Origin: Protoeuglena noctilucae
Taxonomy: Eukaryota
NCBI GenBank assembly: GCA_958009085.1
Contig: OY253668.1
Coordinates: 1,116,001-1,180,000 of the forward strand
DNA: 64,000 nucleotides
Direction of reading: 5' to 3'
Each line of letters starts with the position of its first letter. Position 1 is the first letter of the stretch. This document shows positions 48,308 to 60,326 of this stretch, in pieces. Both the position numbers and the translations under genes were made by a program. Under the pieces are notes generated by a model. It made no database searches, was not told where the DNA came from, and was given only the letters and a program-made list of their open reading frames with translations.

Positions 48308-50092
48308 CTACTTCTTCGGGGGGCACACGATCAGCACCATTTGGTTCCCCATGAGCTTCGGCTCCTGGTCCACGGCAGCCTCCTCGCCCAGGTCCTTGAT
48401 GAACCTGTCGAGCATCTCCTGCGCCTGGTTCTTGAATTGGAGCTCCCGACCCCGCATCTGCGGCGAGGACAGGGCGCGGACGTGCATGGGGGTGGCGGCG
48501 CGTGCAGAGGGGCCGTCGCAGGCTGCGCCGAGGTGCTGGTGGTGTGCTCAGTACAGCGGGGAAAAGTTGTCTGCACAAGGCCGAGGCCTTGACTCAGATC
48601 TGTTGAGCTTGAATTATTTCCGTTCATCATCGCAGGAGCACCAGCGCTGGACGGGCCATGCCTCGGACACAAGCACGACTCATCAGGAGTCAGAAACGAG
48701 GAATGCCATAGACGGTGCATGAATGTCGTCATAGGCGAGGGCCGAGTCGAGCCCGCCGCCCCTCCCCGGCCGCGCGCGTCGTCCCCCGACCGCCCCACCT
48801 GGACCACGATCTTGACCTTGTTGTTCTTCTGAATGAACTTCTGCGCGCTCCTCAGGCGGACCTGGTAGTCGTGCACGTCCGTGTTGGGCCTGAGCTTGAG
48901 CTCCTTCATGTCTGCGCGGAGGGAGGCCGCCACGGTTCGCTCGAACGCGCGCACATGGTCGCTCTTGCACACCCCTGGCCACCACCCGCGCGCTCCCTCA
49001 CCCATGACGCCCGCCTTCTGCTTCTTCTTCGCGTCCTTATCCGCCTTCTCCTTCTCGAACTTGAGCTTGGACCACTCCACCAGCCGGCACACGGGTGGCG
49101 ACGCGTCGGGCGTCACCAGCACCAGGTCCACCTCCGCCTCCATCGCCATCTCCAGCGCCTGGCTTGTAGGCATGATGCCCAGCGGCTCCTTCTCCTCCCC
49201 AATCACGCGCACCTCCGGAAAGCGGATCTGCTCGTTCATCAGGTACCCCGCGCCCCTGCGGTCACGCGCGAGGAGAGCGTCGCTGCCCAGGGCCTCTGAC
49301 GCCGCGCCCGGCCGGATGGGCCGGGGTATCCCAGCCATCAGACAAATGCCTCGATGTCTACATTCCACGCGCCCGTGAATGAATGGATCGGAGCGCGCGT
49401 CGGACTCGTCATCTGGTTTCGTCATCTCGTGGCTGGTGCGGCGGGCGGCGCAACAGGCGGCGCGCACTCGCCTCTGCGACTGATCCCTCGGACGCGGCGT
49501 CCTCGGCCCCCCTCCGCTGCCGCCGGGCGGCCGACTCCCCCTCCCTGCGAGTCGCGAGCGAGCTACTCTTTGCATGCCGCGCATGCCTTCCAGCAGCAGA
49601 GGGAAGCAGCACAACGCCCCGGGCGACTCACCGGCGCTGTTCGGACGATATCCGCCTCGGCCAGACGGGCCCGCGAAGGGCCGGGAGCTCCGCTCCCCAT
49701 CCTCTCCCGACGACGCCCCGTCCGATCCGCTCTCCTGGTACCCCTGCGGCGCCGGAGACGAGACCCGCTGCGGCCCAAGCTTCGTCAACGCAATCACGGA
49801 ACAGGGGCGCGCGTCCCGCGGCGGCAACGCACCCCTCGCCCCTGGTAGGGCCCGCGCCCCCGGCCCGGCCCGCTGCCCCGGCCCCCGCGCCCGCCACGAC
49901 CCGGCACGGACTTGAACGGCCGCACGATCTGCTCAGACTCCGCTTCGGCGAGTATCAACAGGCCGCGCGCCGGCGGGTATCGTCGCAATGGCCTGCAATC
50001 GCGGGGCTGGAGTTCCTGGTCAAGCTGCGGGCGGCGGCCGCCGCCTGGGCTCCGAGCGCCGGGTAGCGTAAGCGCAGAGCGAGCCGAAACAT
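48308..50092 (-). CDS. Organellar translation initiation factor IF-3; snoRNA host gene
   Basis: MNEQIRFPEVRVI, VDLVLVTPDASPPVCRL, KELKLRPNTDVHDY..RL, KVKIVVQ|MRGRE; TAG stop at 48308. The 5' exons and start (MFRLALRLR... at 50092) are uncertain. Confidence 0.9.
48541..48642 (-). ncRNA. Intronic box C/D snoRNA with two LSU guides (G2391- and G2409-equivalent)
   Basis: Box C ATGATGA (48630-48624), D' CTGA (48597-48594), D CTGA (48551-48548). Guides are antisense to CTGTTGAGCTTGA and CAGCGGGGAAA, both from the conserved LSU segment CAGCGGGGAAAGAAGACCCTGTTGAGCTTGA. Lies in IF3 intron 48458-48798. Confidence 0.93.
48660..48736 (-). ncRNA. Intronic box C/D snoRNA, snR57-equivalent guide (18S G1572-equivalent)
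   Basis: Short terminal stem. Box C ATGACGA (48732-48726), D' CTGA (48693-48690), C' TGATGA (48685-48680), D CCGA (48666-48663). A 13-nt antisense to 18S AACGAGGAATGCC precedes D'. Confidence 0.88.
49331..49436 (-). ncRNA. Intronic box C/D snoRNA, U15-like (LSU A2281- and G2288-equivalent)
   Basis: 7-bp stem CCAGCCA/TGGCTGG. Box C ATGACGA (49425-49419), D' CCGA (49403-49400), D CTGA (49341-49338). Guides are antisense to CAAATGCCTCG and CTCGTCATCT, with an extra antisense to ATGAATGGAT from the same LSU region. Lies in GC-AG intron 49256-49471 of IF3. Confidence 0.93.
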
Positions 50093-50686
50093 TAAAACGT
50101 CGCTGGGAGCGCGCGGTTCGGCGAATCGGGCTCGCCAGCCGTCGCGGTTGGCCAGGCTAGCTCGTCCACTCACCTCCCCGCGCCAAGCGGCCTGGGCAGC
50201 CGGCACGTGCACGGCGCCCCGAGCGACGGGACCGGTTGGAGGGCGTGCATCGCTGGCGAGCGGTCGGTCCGCTGCGCTTCGCGCCTCCCTCGGGCCGGGC
50301 TCGGCCGCTACGAGCCACAGCAGCAGCAGAGGCCGCCAGCCAGGTCACGTACGCTTCCTGGAGCTCAAATCTCGCTTCTCGGAGACGGTTCGACGGTCAA
50401 GATGGCGTGGCTGGAACGCCGGGGAAAGCAGAGAGCACGACAAGCAAAACTCTAGCCGACACTCCCGAGTACGCGCTCTATTGGCGGGCGAGCAGGCGTC
50501 AGCGCCCCGAAAAGGGCTTCGGCACCTTTCAGTATGTTTCTGACGGACCGGCTGGGGCCCTCGTACTGCCATCGGCTTCCTTTGGGGCTGGAGGTATGTC
50601 ACAACGAGACCCAGATAGCCAGCGGGCCATGGACTTTTGACGTTCTCGCTTGCACAAGGAGTACGAGCTACCCGCTGTCTTCGCCC

Positions 50687-52017
50687 ATGTTTTTGTCGCG
50701 CGCAGAAGTCACAGCGCCCGTCTTTTTGCAGTGCGCTACTCATGTAAGTCTGGAGATTGCGTGGTTGTTGTCCCTCGAAAGCGTCGTGTGCCTCCCGCTG
50801 GGCTGGAGGCCTGCGATGTTGGAACGCGTGCCTGCAGGCGTTGACGACGGAGCGCGAGGAGGTCATGGGCCTCCTGCTGGGGAACACGTTCCGAGACGGC
50901 GCGGGTCACCTCGCTGTGCGGGTGTGGGCGGCGACCCCGCAGCTTCGGCAGGACCGGAGGCGCGACCGCGTCGAGAGCAACCCGGAGCAGATCGCACAGT
51001 CCGCGCAGCTGGCCGAGGAGATGACCGCCAAGACGGGCGTGGAAACGCGGGTCATCGGTTGGTACCACAGTCACCCACACATCACGGTCCACCCCTCCCA
51101 TGTGGACCTGCGCACGCAGGCGAGGGCCGCTGGGGCTGCCCTCCCGCTCCCTGCCTGCCCGCCTCGACGACCTCGACGCCCGTGTTCTGCCCTCGGCCCG
51201 CAGCACATGTACCAGGCGATGGACGCGGGGTTCCTGGGCCTCATCCTCTCCACCTTCAACCAGGACGCCGGTGCCCGTCGAGGTTCCCTCCAGCTCACAG
51301 CCTTCCAAGCGGCCACGACGGGCAGCGGGCTCGAGAACAGGCCCATTCCCGTGGATGTCGTGCATCCGCGCAGCTGGTGAGGCTGGGGGTCCCATGCGAG
51401 TTGCCTTGCTCCCAGCCAGCCGACCGTGGGACCAGAAGGTAGCACGTTCTCCGGGCTGATTTCAGGGACGAGATGATGGCCGTGGACCTGGCCGAGATCC
51501 CTCGCATTCTGGAGGCGGAGGAGCGGTCGGCGCTGCGGGAGGCGCAGGCGGGGACGTCGGCGGTGGCCGGCACGCGCACGGGCGCGGTGGTGCGGCTGGG
51601 GAGCGTGCACGCGCCCTTGATTTCCTTCGACGACGGCGCGGACGACCCGTCGCTCGTCGAGGATGCGGGGGGGCCCCGGACGTCGCGGACAGCGGCGTCG
51701 GAGCTGATGAAGAAGATGCAGAGCATCGAGCACAACGCCACGTTCCAGCAGGCGGCGTCCCGGCTCATGGAGCTGAGCCTCTTGCCGACGCTGCGCATGA
51801 TCCAGGACCGGCTGCGGCAGGGGCGGCAACAGGAGCGGCAGCTGCGGTGCGTCCGGGGTGGGACCCCAGACGAATGTGTGAGATGACGATGTCCGGGCGT
51901 GAGTAGTCAACGATCGTTCAATCGCAGCCCTGGCCACCCACCGCCCGCAGGATCGAGCTCAAGCACTTGGAGCGATTCGAGCACTTACTGTCCCAGTCCA
52001 CGCCATCCGGGGACTGA
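50687..52017 (+). CDS. BRCC36: Lys63-specific JAMM/MPN+ deubiquitinase BRCC36-like
   Basis: H|ALTTEREEVMGLLLG, DRRRDRVE, RVIGWYHSHPHITVHPSHVDLRTQ|HMYQ (JAMM HxHx7SxxD). 5 exons. Confidence 0.93.
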
Positions 52018-52068
52018 CGGATGAGGGAGCTGTAGTGGTAGGCGCCACGTGGCGGCCCGCGAGTGCTC

Positions 52069-52695
52069 TCAGATGTCGACGCTGATGCTGCCGTCCGCGT
52101 CCACCTGGACCTTGAACGTCGGGAGGGGCTTCTCGGCCGGGCCCTTGCCCACGAGCGGCAGGTTGGGGAGCTTGGGGCACCACTCGCCCTTAACCTGCCC
52201 CGTCTGCGGATCACAGGGACAGGCAGGCCCCATCGGCATCCATATGCGATCGAGCTGGAGACGGGATGACCCGCGCAGCCACTTGCCTTGACGTCGAACG
52301 CCGTCCCGTGCGCAGCGCACACGATGCAGCCCTCCCGCAGCTCGGCGTTCAGGATCTTGCCCTGGAGAGGCAGCCCCAGGTGGCTGCACTTGTTGGACAC
52401 GGCGTAGACCTGGCCGTCCAGCTCCTGAAGCAGCACCTTCTGCCCCCCGGCCTCCACCACGAGACGGCCTCCATTGCTGGACAGCTCGGACTTGCTGGCG
52501 ACCTTGCTGAAGGCGCGGGCCTGCAAAGAGAGAGAGAGATTTAGGGGCGACCCTCTAACATGAAACTCCTGCGCGAGGAGACGGCCTCGCACGTGGTGCC
52601 GTTCACCCCTGCCCTTTTATGAAGCTTACCACGACTGCACGCTGGCGCCGCGCGGGGAGGGCGCCCACGGAGGCGGAAAGGCGGGTGCACTGCAT
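52069..52695 (-). CDS. Plastid-targeted small Rieske [2Fe-2S] ferredoxin-like protein
   Basis: Transit peptide ending VV|ARA; Rieske ligands NKCSHL...VCAAHGTAFDVK|TG. 3 exons. Confidence 0.9.
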
Positions 52696-52968
52696 CTTGC
52701 GAGAATGCCGGACGATGCCGTCACCAGGCGATGTGCGCGACGTAATTACAGGGCGGTAAGTGACCGGTGGCGACGCATTGAGGCGCGGATACGGGTTGCC
52801 CCCTGACGCAATGCACGCATGTTGTGTCGGAGTGTGTGACCGTTGCAACGCCTGGCAGCTAGGCATCCGGCCAGACTATCCGACTTACTGGTGCCAATGC
52901 CTGCCTGCTACGCATCCAACTCTAACTCAGTCTTTGACTATGCTGTGCGCGCACCACGCACATGCATC

Positions 52969-53692
52969 TTACAGGCCCGACTTGATGGTCTCCACCGACT
53001 CCTTCAGGGTCTTCCCTTTCGGCATCGTGGCCACGTGGGCAAGCACGCCGGCCGCGCTCCCCAGCCCGGCGCCGCCAATCACCCTCCAGACATCCCCCGG
53101 CATCCTCTGCCGTGACGCGGAGAACATTCCGAGCGCCTGCACGCTCACAGGTGGGGTGGAGAGGGTGGCATGGTGGGTGAGGCCCAGACGCACACGTCGC
53201 CGTCGCCCACTGCAATTGTCCTCACCAGGGCCGCCCCCGCAATGCCCATCATGGCGCCGGCGCTGGCGAACGTGTCGGTACGGCGCTGGCCGTAGTTGTG
53301 CCAGAGCCTGTAGATGCGGTCGTTGCACGCCTCGCGGTCGCTGACGGACGTGACGATCCGACCGAGCCCCATGGCGCTCACGGCCAACGCGAGACCGGTC
53401 GTGGTCATGCCCACGACAGAGAGGGACCCAGGGAGGGACCGGTAACGAGGGGAGACCGCAGCAGCAATGCCTGCACCTAGGACGCCCAGGATCCCGCCCG
53501 CTGCAGCAGGCAGGACGGTGAAGGAGGTGAGGGCACCACAACAGGTGTGTGACACCTGCCGCAATGGCAGAGTAGACGCAGCTCACCTTGAACGCCCTTG
53601 TGGACGATGTGGCCGAACAGGAGGCTGTACGCCCTCACGTCGCTCAGCAGCTCCGGGTGGAAGTCGTCGCTCTCCTCGGCTGGCCGCGCCAT
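52969..53692 (-). CDS. Small Gly/Ala-rich membrane protein, DUF1757-like
   Basis: Three coding exons with hydrophobic Gly-rich helices and the motif DRIYRLWHNYGQRRTD. The family label is tentative and a further 5' exon is possible. Confidence 0.65.
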
Positions 53693-54440
53693 AAGCTGGG
53701 TGGGGGAGGGTGGGTGTGGCTTGCCATCATACCGACACTGCAAGGTATCCGGCACAACGAACGCGCGTGGTACATGGAACTCGACCTGGCAACCGCGTGA
53801 CGCATCGCGCGCGAGCACGCTCTGGCCGATTCGCTGATAACTGTCATTTTTGCGCCGGTCCCCCGCCCCCCACGCACCACGAGGCCCCCCTTCCCTCCCT
53901 TCCACACGATCGGAGCCGCAGCGGCGTCCATGCCACCCTGCTTGCTGTCCATATTGACGGTGCGGCCGCGGAAACGGTCGCAAGATGCGTTGAGGGTCGA
54001 CGAAGAGTTTGAGAGGCGTCAAAGCTCGGATCGAACCTGCCGGTCGGGAGATGCTTTGGAGGCACACCACGAACCCAGCGGCCATGCTATGCATCGCTGT
54101 TATTAAGCGTCGGGACAGTCAGACGCATGGTCCGGCGTCGGAGTGCCACGCCAGCAGAGGCGGGGGGAAGGGGGTCAGTATCCGAGCCCTGCGCTGCCAT
54201 TCGTACCTCGCTGGCTTCCGTGATCGCACCTGAGATCGCGCATCCGCCTGACGTGGCGCCACAGGGCTCACGAGGAGGGTCTAGGCCCCTCGCTCCAGCC
54301 TGGCCGCACATCGCGGTGGTTTAGGTGCACGACTGCATCGTTCTTGCCTTGCTCGAAGCGCCGATGCTTTGAGCTTTGCCGCTCCTGCAAGGGGCGCGGC
54401 GCAGATCCCACCGGGACCTACTCGCACGCGCCGGGGAAAA

Positions 54441-57400
54441 ATGGCCGCGGAAGCATTGCTGGGCGCGCGGGCGCACACCTCGTCGCTTCTTTCCTTCTTT
54501 TATGAGATGGAGGCAGGGTCCGCCCGCGTCCTCGCCGTTCTGGTGGCGCTGTGCTCTGCGCTCTTCCTCTCGACCTTCGTCACGGGCGTCATCCAGCACA
54601 GGGGGCTGCTGTGGTCCCTGCCGTTATTACTGAAGCACCGTGACTTCTCCCTGCGTCACGCGGCCTTCCAGGCGAGCCCTGGGCGAGGCACTGGGTCTGC
54701 AGGAACGCCCCGCTGCGCAGGGCCCCAGCTATCCTGAGCCTGCGCGACGCTCCCGCGACATGCTCCTCGCAGGTCGCAGCCTGGGTCTGCTGGGACGTGT
54801 CCACGGTCCTCCTGCTCCTACCTGTGCCACAAGTGCACCGCGCGCTCCCCGCCCCCGTGCTGGGCGCCCTCCGCAGCTGCGACATCACAGCCAGGTCCCG
54901 CGAGACGCTCGGCGCGGCGCTCGTTGTCGCCATCATCGCTGAAGTCCTCCTCATCAACTCCTTCCTCGTCTTTGAGTACTACACACGACAGGTGCGTGCC
55001 CATGCACCTCACTCTTCTGCACCATGCCTTTCGTTTGGCGTCGTCTGCCCCGCGAGCTGCGCCAGTTCGCACCCGCGTCGCGCAGGGATGGGTGCCGTCT
55101 TTGGATGCCCCGCTGGGATCAGGTCAGCACGACGGTGACCGGCCCAGCAACGGAGGCCCCGTTGACGGTGCGGACAGGACAATGGCATCAGACGGGGAGG
55201 TGAGCGCGGTGGGACCTGCCTGTCTCTTTGCTCCCCTGGTTTGCGATGGGCCCTTGCCACGTCGCGTGCCTCCCCATCGTGTCGACTGCTGCTGCGCTGC
55301 ATCCCCCCGCAGACCGCGCCCCCTGCGCGCCGCGCCGCCGTCATCCGCCGCATGTCGTCCGTGGACCGTGCGCCCGGGGATGCCGCCCCGCCGGCCCCGC
55401 ACCGGACCCATTCGCGGCACAAGCGGGCCATGTCGCACGACGCAGCCTCGCTGCACGAGCACGTCGGCCGCGCGCAGACGCTCGTGGAGAAGGTCCGCAC
55501 GCTGGGCGAGATGCGCCGGCAGGGACGGCAGCTGGCCGCGCTGGTTGTCGTCCTCGGCTGCGCGCTGGCCGCCACCTCGGGCGCCCTCGCCGTGGCCTCC
55601 GTGGCGGCCGTCCGCACGCGGTGCCTGCAACTCATCTACCTCGGTCTCAGCGCCGTCTCGCTCCTCGTCGCCGCCAACTCCACGCACGGCCTGGGCGGGT
55701 GGCTGCGGTGGCGGCACGCCCCGCCGCAGCACGGCGCATCATCCTGGCGCTTCTTCCAGCCCTTCCGAGGCGGCACCGCCTTCATGGCAACGCAGGGCGC
55801 GGGGTGGGCCTTCTTCTGCCTGGCCCTCGCGGGCCTCGTCACCGCCTCGCGCATGGTGGCTGCGGGTGCCGTGCAGTGGCTCCACCACGTGTCGTGGGCC
55901 ACCGCAGCGGCGGTCCTGGCGGCCCAGACGCTGCTCGGTGAGGCGCCTGCGCAGTAGCTGTCACGGCCAGGCCGAGTGCAGCTGTGTGGTGGTGCTCGCT
56001 CCCCAAGCATCGCCCCCTTGTCCGTGAGTCTCTGCCGTCCCTCTTTTTGCTCGCAGGCGTGTCCATCTTCCGCTTCAAGGTCACACGAACCACCAGGTGA
56101 GCTCTTGAAAAGCCGCGTTTGTGCGCCAGGCAGTGCGGCACAGCCCCTGCACCTCGCACATGCATCGCGGCCCCGTCCGCAGGACCGTGTTACCGGCAGC
56201 GGCTCAGGAGCAGCAGGCGGCGCCTGCGTGGGTGGACGCTAGGCAAGAGTACACGGTCGGCCAGCTCACGTGGGCCGCCCTGGTCATCCTCATCCCCTGG
56301 GCCCTCCCCCACATCTTAGTGGCCTTCCTCGCCCTCCCGTTCCTCATCCTCCCCTGGACCTCCGCCCTCATCCTGCACCTCGCCTGGCTCCTGCCCTACT
56401 CGGTCGCGTTCGGGGTCGGACCGGACGTCAACGACTTCCACCTGGGCAGGCGGGAGTGGCCCCTTGTCCAGGAATGGTTCGGGAGGGCGGTGAGCGCGCG
56501 GGGCCGCCAACCCTGATGGCCGGATTGGAGTAGCCGAGAGGGGCGACGTCGACAGTGTGCTGCGATGCTGCCGGGTGATCCGGCCCAGGCTTGCCTCCCT
56601 GTGCCGTGCCCCGCAGGTTTCCCAGGCCATGCCGATGTGGGTGGGCGGCTTGCGGCTGCTGTGCGACGCCCCGTGGGACGACAACGCGTCAGGGGACGGT
56701 GCGGCCGAGTCGTCGACGCGTGCCCGCCGCCTGGTGTTCGCCTACCACCCCCACGGCCTGATGCCGGCGGCTGCCGCCTACTTCCACTTGCTGCCAGACT
56801 TCCGCCGCCTCTTCCCCGGCGTGCGCCCGGTCCTCCTCGTGGCCTCGGCCATCTTCGCGCCGCCCTTCCTGCGGGACGTCCTCAGCTGGTTCGGCGGGCG
56901 GCCCATCCAGCGCCGCACCTTCTCGTGGGCCATCAAGGAGCGTCACGCCGTGGTGGTCGTGCCCGGGGGGCAGCAGGAGATGGTGTGGGCCTACCGCGTC
57001 AAGAGGCACAAGGAGAGATGCCTCGTCACGGGCCACCTGGGCTTCATCAAGATGGCCATCCTGCACGGGGCCGCCGTGGTGCCCACGCTGTGCTTCGGGT
57101 GCGGTTTTGCTGGAACAAGAAGGTTGCAATGGGGGTTCCCGATCTCGCTTGTTGCTCTGTGCGCACCCCTGTCCCTCGTCACTGGCCCCTGCGCCATGCG
57201 AATGGCTTCGCACAGAGTTTGCCGACGGGGTCGGTCTGAGGCGGACACCGCGCCACCCTCGGTGTCTCGCAGGGAGATCGACAGCCTGACCAACCTCGTG
57301 GACACGCCCGAGCTGCACCGGATGACGTACCGCCGCCTGGGCTTCCCCATCCCGTTCATTGTCGTCGGCAAGTGGGGCCTCCTGCCCTTCCCCAAACGCC

Positions 57401-58209
57401 GGCCCCAGACCTTCGTGGTCGGCAAGCCCATCGACGTGCCCCCGTGCCCCGACCTGAGCCGCCACATCGCCAGCGGGCGGGCGGCGCGGGCGCAGCGGGA
57501 GGCCGGGCGGCGCAGGGCCAAGTCGGCGACGCTGCAGACGATCGCGGAGGGGCCGGACGTGGGGACATCCGCGGGGGGCGCGCGTGCCCAGGCGAGTGCC
57601 GAGTGCCTTCTGCAGGACGGCCCGTCGCCCCAGTCGCTCTCGCTTACACCGTGTCCACGTCTGTGATGCCCACAGAAGCTGGGGCGCGTTCCGTCGGGCA
57701 AGCCGAGTGACGTGCCGGCCGGGGAGGCGGGCGCAGTCGTCGAATGCGACGATGTCGAGACGGAGACGGAGGACGCCCCGGCGCTGTCTGCGGTGGCGTG
57801 GGACCAGGGGAGCGCTACGGGTAGGGGCGGCGACGGGCGGGGCCGAGACGCGGCGGGGGTGGCGGAGGACGACGCTGTGGGGCCCCAGGACGGCCCACCG
57901 AAGTCGCGGGACTTCACGGAGGACGAGCTCAAGCTCGTGTGGCACGCGCCGGAGCTGGAGGCGGCGGCACGGGTGAGGGCGAGCCAGCCATCCCCAGGCA
58001 AGGCGCAGCTTGGTCGGCGCCTGGGACTCACTTCTTGACAACGCGATGCGTCGCGACCGCAGGCTTTCCGGGACAAGTACTACCAGGCAGTGGTGGAATT
58101 GTTCGAGCGGCACAAGGCGTCGAGTGGGTATGGTGACTACGTTATTCGCCTGCTGGACGACGACGGGCGGGGCACGACGGCGGACGGGCTGTCCAAGAAG
58201 ACGAGATGA
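54441..58209 (+). CDS. Type-2 diacylglycerol acyltransferase (DGAT2/MOGAT family) with a long multi-TM N-terminal extension
   Basis: FAYHPHG, VVVVPGGQQE, GFIKMAILHGAAVVPTLCFG|E, P..RP.TFVVGKPI, YYQAVVELFERHK. Upstream exons are hydrophobic. Confidence 0.88.
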
Positions 58210-58394
58210 GGGCGGCAGGGGTGCAACTGCAACGGAGATGCGACTGACGAATAGCGAGGGGCCGGCGGCGCCAGCGTGCTGTGCGAGCCAGCCAGGCTCC
58301 TGTCCACATGCACGAGAGCGAAAACGAGCAAACGTAGATGGGGCTTGGTACCGGCGGACCAGCCTTGAAAAAGATATCACAAGGCAGCTTCTGG

Positions 58395-60016
58395 TCACAA
58401 TAGAGTTGTGCGTGCACTCTCCGAGACCTCTCCTGGCATAAGACTCATCCGTAGCGCCGCTGCCCGCTCCCACTCCGGCACGGTCTGGCCGAGGACCAGT
58501 TGCAGCACGTGTTGCGACCAGATGGGCAGGTGGGCGCCGGGGATGTTCCTCTCTGGATCCCCATGGGTCCCCTGAAGCGGGCCAGGGGCGAACCAGGACA
58601 GCACGACGTCGGCGTGGCCGCCGGACTCGTAGCACAGGAGTGTGGAGCGCGCCCCGCAGCGGACGAGCAGCGCGTGGAGGTCGAGGGACTCGTGGCAAGG
58701 CACAATCTCGTCGGGGAGGTTGGAGAGGACGAAGACGGGCGGGAGCAGGCGGATGGCCTCCAGTGGAATGTCGGGGACCTGCGAGATGGTGGAGAAGGGC
58801 AAGCGCTGAGCAGTCACGCGGGCGCAGCTGTTTCTCGAACCACAGCAGTGCTGTGTCACCCACCGTGCCAGGAGTGCTGACGTCCTCGGTGGTCCACGTG
58901 GGCGGCAGCCGGAGCGTGAGGCCCACGAGGGACGCCATTTCCGACAGACGCTCGGCCCGGAGGTCCACGTCGCACTCACGCCGACCCGGCGACGCCCGGT
59001 CCAGCGCCGCGGCCAGCAGCGCACACGGGGAAAGCGCGGCAAAGGCGCCGGGGCCCCCGGCGGCCCGCTCCAGCGTGCTCAGTGTGTGCACTCCTCGCAA
59101 GCGCTCGTACTCGTAGTGGCACGCTGCGGCATCAAAAGGCGTGGGCCAGGCGTGGGCCAAGCGGAGTCTGCAGCAGAGCCTGTGCCGTGTGCGCATATCA
59201 AACAAAGCATGGGCTTACTGCAGCGCTCTTATGATGCTCACCCAAGTCGTAGCAGCCGTTGAGCGCAAGGAACTGCCGGGGTATCAGATACCTTGACGCA
59301 GCCTCGCCCTTGGGGACCTGCCCGCGGCTGTCGTGGATGCGCTGTGCACGGTGGAGGAGCGCCATCGCGAGGAGCTGAGCCCCGGCGGAGTGGCCCACGA
59401 CTGCAAGGGCGACAGCCAGGGGCAGGTGGCTGTGGTCTACAGCGGGAGGGATGCGTAGGGAGCGTCAGCGTGATGCGGGGAACGCACCAGTCACGCGGGA
59501 CGGGTCGCTGCCCCACTCGGACGCCCGCTCCATCACCCAGGTAACTGCGTCGTCAACTTCCTCGACCATCTGTCCGATGCCCGCGTCGGGGTACAGGGAG
59601 TAGGACATGATGACCGCTACGCTGTCCTCTCGTGCAAGGGACTGGCCCATTGGCGCAAATTGCCACCTCTCTCCAGCGGCCCAGACGCCCCCATGGCAGA
59701 AAACGCAGATGGGCACTGCCGACGTGCCGGCGGGGGACGACGGCCTGGCCGCGGGGGCCAGCACCTCAGGAGCTGCCAAGGGTCGCCAGATGTCAGCGAC
59801 CTGGCGCGCATTCGGCCCGTAGCGCACGCCACGTTCCACGCGGCCGCGGACATGGGCCCAGTAAGCCCGCAGACCGTACGGGACGCGCTGGAAGAGGCCA
59901 AGGAACTCGACCGCGAAGATGCGACCGATGTCGACCGCTCGAGCGCCGAGCTTGGTCCAGCTCTTGATGCGGCTCAGCTCGGACGCGGCGCCGACGAGAG
60001 CCTGCGCGAAGGACAT
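58395..60016 (-). CDS. Alpha/beta hydrolase, isoprenylcysteine methylesterase (ICME/PCME)-like
   Basis: YGPNARQVADIW, VFCHGGVWAAGE, YSLYP, GHSAGAQL (GxSxG), DEIVP, GGHAD. Confidence 0.88.
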
Positions 60017-60326
60017 CGGGAGCGCATGCGCGGAGCCTCTGCAGCGTGGAGGTCGTCGGCGCGAGGTGTGGGCGCTTCCAGACGCGTGGGCGCCCTAGTG
60101 TGAGAACTCGAGGAGATAACGGGCAAGGGACCTGCTTTCCGGCGCGATTGAGAGGCCTGGTCATCAACACACCTCGCCTGGCGTCAGGCACAGCACGTTT
60201 CAAGCCCATCCAATCGCCCTGGCCCCACGCGTCCATTCCGAGACCCTTGCTTGCACTGGCTTCGCAATCGCCTCGCAATCGAGCCCCGGCAGGCTTCCAG
60301 GCGCTGGAATCCTCCCAGTTCCGTCC

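Noticed and set aside
48554..48612. Short rRNA-identical segments on the + strand as rRNA gene fragments
   Set aside because: They are only 10-13 nt long and sit exactly next to D/D' boxes on the opposite strand, so they are snoRNA guides rather than rDNA remnants.
56689..59205. 838-aa minus-strand ORF
   Set aside because: It is a chimera of a short ICME exon, introns, off-frame sequence and the antisense shadow of DGAT2, with no coherent domain.
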